From Gemmatimonadota bacterium (GTDB taxonomy: Bacteria; Gemmatimonadota; Gemmatimonadetes; Gemmatimonadales; GWC2-71-9), in the NCBI GenBank assembly GCA_036679645.1, contig JAZDCY010000100.1:1-14789 (forward strand): a stretch of DNA of 14,789 bases. Reading direction: 5' to 3'. Both the position numbers and the translations under genes were made by a program. Numbering within the stretch: position 1 is the stretch's first letter; every line of letters begins with the position of its first letter. Of this stretch, positions 8,393-14,789 are shown piece after piece. The notes beneath the pieces are model-generated. The model was not told the DNA's origin. It worked only from the letters and a program-made list of their open reading frames with translations, and did no database searches.

Positions 8393-9834
8393 CTGCTGGG
8401 CGATCCCGCGACCGATGGCATTACGCCGTCGATCTGCCGCGGGCACTCGATCCCGAGAAAGTCGAGGGTGAGCGGAAAGAGATCGGCCGTGCGCAGCGGC
8501 CCCGAAAGTGGCACGTTGCTCGCCACCAGGCATCGCATGTGCTCCGCGATCAGACTCCCATGGCCCGATCGGTGCTCTGGCATCTCCCAACGGAACCGCA
8601 GGTCGGCCCCCGGCTCCGCTACAACAATCAGATCTCCCGTCCGGGAAGACCGGAAGAGTTGGGAGAGCTGGGTGGCGCCGTCCGGGTACGGTGAATTTAT
8701 TGTGCGTCTCAGCCATTCCCTGTCCGCCAGCGTGGTTGGGCCACCGACCTCGAGCACGTCGGCTGTTTCGGGGTGGTACGCAATTCGTCGATCATTAGCT
8801 GGTGTAAGCGTCGCGCGCCCGTCGCGCGTGACGAGGACCAACGCATCGTCCCCGCCCCGTACCCCAGCGACCATCGCGACACCCGGGAGGTTCGCCAGAA
8901 ACGTCACCAGATCGCCCGGAATGCCGTCGACGTCACCCGCCTCGATTTCCGGCACACGTAAGCGCGTCGTGCGCTTGGTGCCGGGGCGCAGATAGACCTG
9001 AGCGGATGCGTTTCCGGAAACCATTACGGCGGCCTTTGGGTTCCGGCGCCACACGATCGGGTGCCGGAGCGTGGGAAGCCCGTAGCGTTCCAACTCGATA
9101 CTGACGTCGGTGTGCTGGTCCACCCGCGAGAGGCCGTGATCGCTCACGAGCAGTGTGAGATGATCGCCGTCAAACCCACCCGCAGCCGCGTACTCGCCGA
9201 TGATTCGATCGATCCCGCGATACCTGTCCAGCACCGCGGAGTGCCACGGGTCGAAGAAATGCGTCACCCCGTCTACACCGGGAAAGACCGCGAAGACGTA
9301 CCGATGCCGTCCCGCGAGGCGGCACAGCTCGCGGCCGACGGCCACGTCGAGTGGCTCGTACCCACCGGTGTAATGGGCCACGGCCCCCCAGAACTTGCGG
9401 CTGCCTGCCAGGCGCTCCCGACCCGGCCCGAGCCCGCGTGTGAACGGTGTACACAGACCGACGGCATCCGGCTCCAGGTCGAACAGCGTAGGGATCTTGT
9501 CCGGCATGTCCGTATTCAGACACTCGCCCTGCGGTCCGCAGTAGCTGCGCACGTGTTTCCGTTCGCGAATCCAGTCCCCACCATACCGCGCGAGATCAAT
9601 CCACCGGATACCGGGCACATTGCAGGTGCCCGGGTAGCAACCCGTCAGAAATGGGAGGTATGCCACGCCGGTCGTGGAGGGAAAAACAGTCGTCGCCGGC
9701 ACCGCGCCGCCGGTCTCGAGCAGATATCGGCTGATATTGGGAAGATCGCCAGCCGACACGAGGTGCTCGAAGACATCGTGACGCGCGCCGTCGACGAGTA
9801 GGAGTGCCACCCGCCGGTCAGCGTATTCGGTCAT
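8389..9834 (-). CDS. Alkaline phosphatase superfamily, nucleotide pyrophosphatase/phosphodiesterase (NPP)-type enzyme
   Basis: Metal and catalytic motifs LLVDGAR, TVFPSTT (Thr nucleophile), DGVTH, SDHG and SGHGSL. No signal peptide. Start ATG 9834 (MTEYADRRVALLLVDG); ATG 9885 is an alternative. Confidence 0.85.
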   Translation of the reverse strand: MTEYADRRVALLLVDGARHDVFEHLVSAGDLPNISRYLLETGGAVPATTVFPSTTGVAYLPFLTGCYPGTCNVPGIRWIDLARYGGDWIRERKHVRSYCGPQGECLNTDMPDKIPTLFDLEPDAVGLCTPFTRGLGPGRERLAGSRKFWGAVAHYTGGYEPLDVAVGRELCRLAGRHRYVFAVFPGVDGVTHFFDPWHSAVLDRYRGIDRIIGEYAAAGGFDGDHLTLLVSDHGLSRVDQHTDVSIELERYGLPTLRHPIVWRRNPKAAVMVSGNASAQVYLRPGTKRTTRLRVPEIEAGDVDGIPGDLVTFLANLPGVAMVAGVRGGDDALVLVTRDGRATLTPANDRRIAYHPETADVLEVGGPTTLADREWLRRTINSPYPDGATQLSQLFRSSRTGDLIVVAEPGADLRFRWEMPEHRSGHGSLIAEHMRCLVASNVPLSGPLRTADLFPLTLDFLGIECPRQIDGVMPSVAGSPSR

Positions 9835-9846
9835 GACCCAACGAAC

Positions 9847-9882
9847 CAGGGCCGCACGCGCCCGGCGGCCCGTGCGGCCCTG
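9847..9882 (-). terminator. Strong stem-loop downstream of the cupredoxin gene (leaky terminator or mRNA-stabilising hairpin)
   Basis: Perfect 12-bp inverted repeat CAGGGCCGCACG (9847-9858) / CGTGCGGCCCTG (9871-9882). On the minus strand it is followed by GTTCGTT, a weak U-tract. Confidence 0.6.
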
Positions 9883-9902
9883 CATTCCGCCCTCATCCCG
9901 AC

Positions 9903-10397
9903 TCAGTTGTTGATCGTCAGTGATGCCTTCATGCCAAGCATTTCGTGCGGCGTACAGAAATAGTCGTACGTGCCTGTCGGCGCACCGGCGAAGATCATCT
10001 CGTATGCCTGATTCTCCTGAATCATGAGTTCGCCGGTCAGGGGAGACATCTTGTTTCCCATCGCGCCGTCGAGATAGGACGCCGCTCCTGCGGGGATCTT
10101 GTCCGCATAGAACGACACGTTGTGCGGTCCGCCCGACTCGTTGATCCAGCGAACGGTATCGCCGACACGAATCGCGAGCTCCTCGGGCTCGTACACATAG
10201 CGGCCGTCGTCGGCCAGCAGCATGCGGACCTCGTGAACGGTCCCTGTCGCCACCCCGGCAGGCATGGGGGCGGGCACGGGGGCGGCCTGGTCCAGGACCG
10301 GTTGAGCATCGCCCGCGGCGGGAGTCGACGCATCCTCTCCACCCTCGCCGCCACAGGCGAGTCCGACGAGCGCCAGAGCCGCGAACAGCTTGCGCAT
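9903..10397 (-). CDS. Lipoprotein blue-copper protein (plastocyanin/halocyanin-like cupredoxin)
   Basis: RBS GAGGAG; lipobox MRKLFAALALVGLA|C; Pro/Ala-rich tether; GDTVRW; type-1 Cu ligands GPHNV and YFCTPHEMLGM (His, Cys, His, Met). Confidence 0.92.
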   Translation of the reverse strand: MRKLFAALALVGLACGGEGGEDASTPAAGDAQPVLDQAAPVPAPMPAGVATGTVHEVRMLLADDGRYVYEPEELAIRVGDTVRWINESGGPHNVSFYADKIPAGAASYLDGAMGNKMSPLTGELMIQENQAYEMIFAGAPTGTYDYFCTPHEMLGMKASLTINN

Positions 10398-10482
10398 AGT
10401 ATTCGCTCCTCAAAAAAATGGTCAGAAAAGACGGCACCCCGCCGACGGCAGGCGCTGGCGGCGGGGGTTCGAATCAGCAACA

Positions 10483-10491
10483 AATGTATCA
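10483..10491 (-). promoter_or_regulatory. Possible extended -10 promoter element for the cupredoxin gene
   Basis: The minus strand reads TG-A-TACATT (TGn-TAnnnT) in an AT-rich patch about 85 nt upstream of the ATG. No clear -35. Confidence 0.3.
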
Positions 10492-10682
10492 TGGCCGAAG
10501 AGGGGTTGGTAGTGTAGCCCGCCGCCCTCCCAATAAGCTTGCGTTTTACTCCCGATCCAGGTTCCTTCGTGGGTCCGTTCACTGAGGGCTAGCGGCCCTG
10601 GACGCGCGGCGACGCTTACGCCGGTGTTCCACGCACCGCGCTGAGCCGCTCTGAGATCCCAGCACACAGGGAGAACGCCAGC

Positions 10683-11462
10683 GTGCCGCCCCCTCCACCC
10701 TGTACACGTATGGGTCGTCACTGCCAGGAACTGTCGGTGACGGTGCGCATCGCCAGTCTCGAAGACGACACGCCCACGGAACTCGACGCAGCCGCAACGT
10801 GGATGCTCGGCCATACTGAGCGGATCTCGTTCGGGAAACCGTACGCGCAAGATGGAGAGCTTGTCTCGGACGCGGTGGTTCGGGTGCCCTGCAAGTACCT
10901 CAAAGCCGCGGCAGGAAGCGGCCGCACCGCGCGGTGTACCGCGCACGGTTTCCGCGGACCAGTCCCTCGGGGAACGTCGGTCGTCGCGCGCACGTTTCAG
11001 CACGGCGGAGATCAGTTCACCATAGTCCACGGACGTCGCGTGCGCCGTGTGACTCTGCGGGTCAAACGAGCTGCGCGGCGAGCCCTACCGATCATGCAGA
11101 CCGACAACCCGTGTGACGGTGCACCGTGCCGCACCGCGGACAACAAGGTCGGCGCCGCGTGTTGCAGAGATGTGACGCTCGATCTGCTGGTTGGGAAGCG
11201 CGACGGTCGCATCGAACGGTTGTTGCGCGCCCGAAAGTCTCCGTACCTCTGCAAGGTCAAGCGCACCGACGAGCGAGCGCTCGAGTGCGAGGTCATTTCG
11301 GCGTGCGGGTACTTGATGGACGATGGCATTCGCTGCGCACTACACGACCGCACACGGCCCAACGGCAGATCGGCCAAACCCGAGTTGTGCTACGACTGGC
11401 CCGATTTTGAGGACGACGACGAGTACACAGGACACCCCGGCTGCGTTTTCATCAAGGACTGA
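10683..11462 (+). CDS. Cysteine-rich YkgJ-like (CxxCxxCC-type Zn/Fe-S chelating) protein
   Basis: GTG start with GGGAG upstream; 14 Cys. The C-terminal half reads PCDGAPC...ACCRD...ACGYL...RCALH...KPELCYDWP, the YkgJ-type pattern. The N-terminal half has a degenerate copy (PCTRMGRHCQE...PCKYL...RCTAH). Confidence 0.65.
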   Translation: MPPPPPCTRMGRHCQELSVTVRIASLEDDTPTELDAAATWMLGHTERISFGKPYAQDGELVSDAVVRVPCKYLKAAAGSGRTARCTAHGFRGPVPRGTSVVARTFQHGGDQFTIVHGRRVRRVTLRVKRAARRALPIMQTDNPCDGAPCRTADNKVGAACCRDVTLDLLVGKRDGRIERLLRARKSPYLCKVKRTDERALECEVISACGYLMDDGIRCALHDRTRPNGRSAKPELCYDWPDFEDDDEYTGHPGCVFIKD

Positions 11463-11472
11463 AACCACAACC

Positions 11473-11504
11473 GGCGATGGTGGGGGCGTAGCCCCTACAT
11501 CGCC
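11473..11504 (+). terminator. Strong intergenic hairpin (terminator or REP-like element)
   Basis: GGCGATG-G-TGGGGGC-GTA-GCCCCTA-CATCGCC forms about 14 bp with one bulge and one G-U pair. It starts 10 nt after the stop and is followed by CTCTTC. Confidence 0.55.
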
Positions 11505-11518
11505 CTCTTCACCACCTG

Positions 11519-11543
11519 TGCAATCCCCACCGCCTCATCCGTC
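11519..11543 (+). promoter_or_regulatory. Possible ECF-sigma promoter upstream of the VIT-vWA gene
   Basis: TGCAAT, 15 nt, CGTC resembles the TGAAAC-N16-CGTx ECF architecture, though the spacer is one base short. It lies after the hairpin and 32 nt before the ATG. Confidence 0.3.
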
Positions 11544-11575
11544 TCCCCTTGTAGAACCCAAACAGCGGGGAGACC

Positions 11576-13786
11576 ATGAAGTCCTTTATTCCCATAGTGT
11601 TACTCGCCATGGCCGGTACGTCGGCCCATGCGCAGGGATGGATCGAGCCAACCCGGCCGATGCCCGATTTCGGTGTAGTGAAGGTCCGGACGGTCGTGAG
11701 TGTCGACGTCACCGGTCGCATTGCGCGCGTCGAGGTTGAGGAGTGGTTTCGCAACCGTGGCGGCACGTTGGGAGAGGGTGACTACCTCTACCCGCTCCCC
11801 GGTGAAGCCGTCTTCAGCAACTTCTCGCTGTTTCAGGGCGACGTGGAACTCCGGGGCGAGACCATGGACGCCCAACAGGCGCGTTCTATCTATGAGGAGA
11901 TCGTTCGTCGGAAACGCGACCCGGCGCTTATCGAGCTAGCCGGGCATGGACTGATCCGCGCGCGCGTCTTCCCGATCAATCCAGGTGAGACTCGCAAGAT
12001 CACGCTCCGTTACACCCAAGTCCTGAATCGAGCGGGAGACGCGCTCCAGTTCCGTTACGCGGCCGGCGGCCGCACCGGTCCGGCTGACCCCCGCGTGGAG
12101 GGACAACCGGGTCCCCGGCGGCACCAGACGGGCGCCCCAGTCACGTTCGTGCTCCGAGCCGATGGCGCCGATATCTACGGTGATCCGTTCTCGCCCACGC
12201 ATGGCCTGCAGACCACACGGCGGGACGGACAACTCACCGTGCGCCCGCCAACCAGCTTCACGGGCGATTTCGAACTGTTTCTACCGTTTGTCCACGATGT
12301 CGTGGGTCTCACCGTGGTGACACACCGACCGATTGGGGAAGACGGTTATTTCATGCTGACCGTGTCTCCCGGTACGGTCGACGGAGCGGTCGAGCCACGC
12401 GACATCACGGCCGTGGTCGACGTATCCGGATCGATGTCCGGTCAGAAGATCGTGCAGGCACGCGCGGCTCTGCAGCAACTGTTGAACACGCTCGGGCCGG
12501 CGGACCGGTTTCGGTTTATTGCGTTCAGCAACCGAGTACGGGCGCAGAGCCGATCGTGGACACGCGCCACCCCGGATGCCGTGCGCGCTGCCAGTGAGTG
12601 GATTGACGGGCTCACCGCGAACGGCGGAACGAACATCGCCGGCGCATTGGAGGAAGCGTTCCGCCTCTCGAGTCCCATAGAGCGATTGCCGATCGTCCTA
12701 TTCCTCACCGACGGCCTTCCGTCGGTGGGCGAGCAGAACCCGGAGCGCATTGCCGAGATGGCAGAGCGATCCCACGGCCGGGCACGGGTGTTCGCGTTCG
12801 GCGTGGGGTACGACGTGAACACGTACCTGCTCGACCGGCTCTCCGCCGCCGGCAGGGGCACGACTGAATACGTGGAGCCGCACGAGGATGTCGAGCAGGC
12901 GCTCGGCCTTCTCACCGCCAAAATCCAGTACCCGGTGCTCACCGATCTCGCATTCTCGGGGCCAGTTCGCGTCACCGAGGTGTATCCAGAGCGGCTTCCC
13001 GATCTGTTCGCCGGTGAGGAGCTCGTGATCTTCGGGCGCTACCAGCGCACCGGAACGGGCGACCTGCGCGTCTCCGGACGGAGGAACGGCGAAACCGAGC
13101 GGTACGCCACGCGGTCCGTGTTCCCGGACCATGAGGACGCCAACGACTTCATCACGCAGCTCTGGGCCGCGCGGAAGATCGGTGTGTTGCAGCAGGTAGT
13201 CCGGCTCAACGGTCCCAACGATGAGTTGATCGAAGAGATTCGCGAGACGGCTCTGCGCTACGGATTGCTCTCGGAGTACACATCGTATCTCGTGCAGGAG
13301 CCGGAAGCAGTGGCGCGGCAAGGCTTGCGCAACGGCGGACGCCAGCAGCCCCGGAACGCACCCCCAATGACGCCGAGGCCGGCCGATAGGGCCATGGCGG
13401 TCGGTGCCGGCGCGGTAGCAAGCGCCAAGGCCGACCGGGCACGGCGCGAGGTGCGCACGGTGGCCGAACTGAACGAGGCCGACGAGGACATGCTCGCACG
13501 CGGGCACTTCCCGCAGGCGCAGCACGTGGCCGGTCGTGTGTTCGTGGAACAGCAGGGCGTCTGGACCGACCTACACCACGGCGACTCGCTTACGGTGGTG
13601 ACTATCGAGGCATACAGCGCCGCGTACTTTGCCCTGCTCGAGCGGGCTCCAGAACTCCGGCACGTGTTTGCCCGGTTCCAGCGGGTCATCGTGGCCGGCC
13701 GGAAGGTCAGCATTGAGATAGGGCCGCGCGGGCGTACGGACGCCGTCGGGATCGACGACCTCGTTCGCCGGTTCCGCGCGCGATAG
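11576..13786 (+). CDS. Secreted VIT + von Willebrand factor A domain protein (inter-alpha-trypsin inhibitor heavy chain-like)
   Basis: RBS GGGGAG; signal peptide MKSFIPIVLLAMAGTSAHA|Q. VIT region EGDYLYPLPGEAVFSNF...ARSIYEEIVRRKRDPALIE...RVFPI. vWA MIDAS elements DVSGS, GGTNI and FLTDG. C-terminal blocks LPDLFAGEELVIFGRY, LWAARKI and LLSEYTSYLV. Confidence 0.9.
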   Translation: MKSFIPIVLLAMAGTSAHAQGWIEPTRPMPDFGVVKVRTVVSVDVTGRIARVEVEEWFRNRGGTLGEGDYLYPLPGEAVFSNFSLFQGDVELRGETMDAQQARSIYEEIVRRKRDPALIELAGHGLIRARVFPINPGETRKITLRYTQVLNRAGDALQFRYAAGGRTGPADPRVEGQPGPRRHQTGAPVTFVLRADGADIYGDPFSPTHGLQTTRRDGQLTVRPPTSFTGDFELFLPFVHDVVGLTVVTHRPIGEDGYFMLTVSPGTVDGAVEPRDITAVVDVSGSMSGQKIVQARAALQQLLNTLGPADRFRFIAFSNRVRAQSRSWTRATPDAVRAASEWIDGLTANGGTNIAGALEEAFRLSSPIERLPIVLFLTDGLPSVGEQNPERIAEMAERSHGRARVFAFGVGYDVNTYLLDRLSAAGRGTTEYVEPHEDVEQALGLLTAKIQYPVLTDLAFSGPVRVTEVYPERLPDLFAGEELVIFGRYQRTGTGDLRVSGRRNGETERYATRSVFPDHEDANDFITQLWAARKIGVLQQVVRLNGPNDELIEEIRETALRYGLLSEYTSYLVQEPEAVARQGLRNGGRQQPRNAPPMTPRPADRAMAVGAGAVASAKADRARREVRTVAELNEADEDMLARGHFPQAQHVAGRVFVEQQGVWTDLHHGDSLTVVTIEAYSAAYFALLERAPELRHVFARFQRVIVAGRKVSIEIGPRGRTDAVGIDDLVRRFRAR

Positions 13787-13806
13787 GGAGCCCTAGATTC
13801 CAGCTC

Positions 13807-14307
13807 GTGGCGACGAATTGGGCTGCGGTGTACCGGGAAACCTATGCAGACCTGGTTCGCTTCCTTCACCGCAAGGTGTGGGACGCGGACCGGGCCTGCG
13901 ACCTCGCGCAGGAGGTGTTCGTGCGGGCGTTGGAGCACGATTCGGACAGGCCCCGAGCTTTTGTGTTCACCATTGCCGCGAACCTGGCGCGCGACGAGGC
14001 ACGCAGCGCCGCGGTACGCAAACGCCACCTGGAGTTGGTCACGTCAGAGGATATTGCGCACAGCGCGACACCGGAGGACGAGTTGGAGAGGCACGAGGAA
14101 CACCAGGCCGTACGAGCGGCATTGGCCCGGTTGAGCGAACGGGACCGCGAGGTCCTGCTCCTGTGGGACGCGGGTCTGGACTACGACGAAATAGCAGCGC
14201 AGACGGGCCTGGCCCGCGGCGCGGTGGGTACCACCCTCACGCGAGCCCGGCGCCGGTTGATCGAGGCGCACGAGGCCATGGAGGGACATAATGCAGCACT
14301 TGGATGA
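13807..14307 (+). CDS. ECF-family RNA polymerase sigma-70 factor
   Basis: Region 2 (DLAQEVFVRA...AFVFTIAANLARDEAR) and region 4 (ALARLSERDREVLLL...GLDYDEIAAQTGLARGAVGTTLTRARRRL); 166 aa. Confidence 0.93.
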   Translation: MATNWAAVYRETYADLVRFLHRKVWDADRACDLAQEVFVRALEHDSDRPRAFVFTIAANLARDEARSAAVRKRHLELVTSEDIAHSATPEDELERHEEHQAVRAALARLSERDREVLLLWDAGLDYDEIAAQTGLARGAVGTTLTRARRRLIEAHEAMEGHNAALG

Positions 14308-14789
14308 GGCGCAGATTGTCGAGTATCTCGACCTGCAACAGCGTGATGCGCGCGCGATGCGTCCCGATGTCGAACGTCACCTGGCCACGTGCGGGGAGTG
14401 CCGGGCAGTCGCCGACCGACTGCGTGTCGAGCGCGATCAGGCAGGGGCAATACTGTCCCGATCGGGCCCGGCCGAGATCACGCCTCCGCCGTTCGACCAG
14501 ATCGCCGACCGAGCAGCGCGCGCCCGCCGGCCCGGTGGCGGTACACTGCGTATCATGGCGCTGGCTGCCACCGCCGTGATGGTTGCGGGTGTCGGGTGGC
14601 TGGGACGTGATTTCGTGCAGCGGAGCGGCGAGTCCATCCCCGTGGCGCTACGGGAGGACAGACCTATCGCTCAGCTCGAGGTGGAGCGGGATGCAGCTCA
14701 GGGTTTTCGCAACGAGGCGCGCGGGGTTCCGGCGGAGCCCACAATTCCCGCTACTACACCCGCCCCCGCCCCCGCCCCCGCCCCCACCC
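14291..14789 (+). CDS. Zinc-binding (zf-HC2/ZAS) transmembrane anti-sigma factor, 3' end outside the window
   Basis: Missing from the ORF track. ATG 14291 follows GGAGGG and overlaps the sigma gene by 17 nt. Manual translation gives MQHLDEAQIVEYLD...VERHLATCGECR (HxxxCxxC), a TM helix IMALAATAVMVAGVGWLG, then a Pro/Ala-rich region still open at the edge. Confidence 0.88.
   Translation, partial: MQHLDEAQIVEYLDLQQRDARAMRPDVERHLATCGECRAVADRLRVERDQAGAILSRSGPAEITPPPFDQIADRAARARRPGGGTLRIMALAATAVMVAGVGWLGRDFVQRSGESIPVALREDRPIAQLEVERDAAQGFRNEARGVPAEPTIPATTPAPAPAPAPT
14759..14789 (+). repeat. (CCCGCC)4 hexamer repeat encoding a Pro-Ala linker
   Basis: CCCGCC x4 followed by CCCACCC, in frame as PAPAPAPAPT. 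It is cut by the window end. Confidence 0.8.

Noticed and set aside
7640..8995. 451-aa plus-strand ORF and other long antisense or alternate-frame ORFs (e.g. 3192-3986, 9061-9801, 12698-13525, 13258-14028)
   Set aside because: These are shadow ORFs of well-supported genes in GC-rich DNA and show no recognisable motifs.
9903..10397. Calling the cupredoxin petE (photosynthetic plastocyanin)
   Set aside because: It has a lipobox and tether and no photosynthesis genes are in the window, so only the fold-level call is supported.
9835..10437. About 200-aa N-terminal extension of the phosphodiesterase (682-aa ORF) overlapping the cupredoxin gene
   Set aside because: It is an Arg-rich off-frame reading of the cupredoxin gene and crosses a strong hairpin. 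Family motifs begin only after Met 9834.
10462..10480. GGTTCGAATC resembling a tRNA T-loop
   Set aside because: The flanks do not form a T-stem (GGGGG versus CAGCA), and no cloverleaf or acceptor stem can be built.
10525..10675. Fragments resembling a TPP riboswitch (minus-strand ACCC...GAACCTGGATC; plus-strand CTGAGA...AGGGA)
   Set aside because: The conserved elements are split between strands, neither strand has the full UGAGA plus P4/P5 arrangement, and the flanking genes are unrelated to thiamine.
14304..14579. 91-aa ORF after the sigma gene in the ORF track
   Set aside because: Wrong frame. The real gene starts at 14291 and carries HxxxCxxC and a TM helix.

Overview
GC-rich bacterial window; the gene style suggests Gemmatimonadota or a similar lineage, which is inference only. 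From left to right it holds: (1) a secreted S9/DPP-IV-like peptidase that runs off the left edge, and a PAP2 phosphatase, both on the minus strand; (2) a tightly coupled plus-strand operon matching the bacterial ceramide pathway: serine palmitoyltransferase, bCerS-like N-acyltransferase and CerR-like SDR reductase; (3) a converging minus-strand cluster of a lipoprotein blue-copper cupredoxin, an NPP-type phosphodiesterase, a DedA/VTT membrane protein and an exported, Cys-free protein carrying the full PHM/DbH-type two-copper ligand set plus a Met-rich repeat; (4) a divergent Cys-rich YkgJ-like protein, then a secreted VIT-vWA protein, an ECF sigma factor and a zinc-binding anti-sigma factor that runs off the right edge. 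The best candidate for an undescribed system is the copper monooxygenase + cupredoxin + DedA + phosphodiesterase cluster next to the sphingolipid operon, possibly a lipid or envelope tailoring module. I saw no tRNA, rRNA, CRISPR array or mobile element. All calls come from reading motifs by eye; no searches were run.
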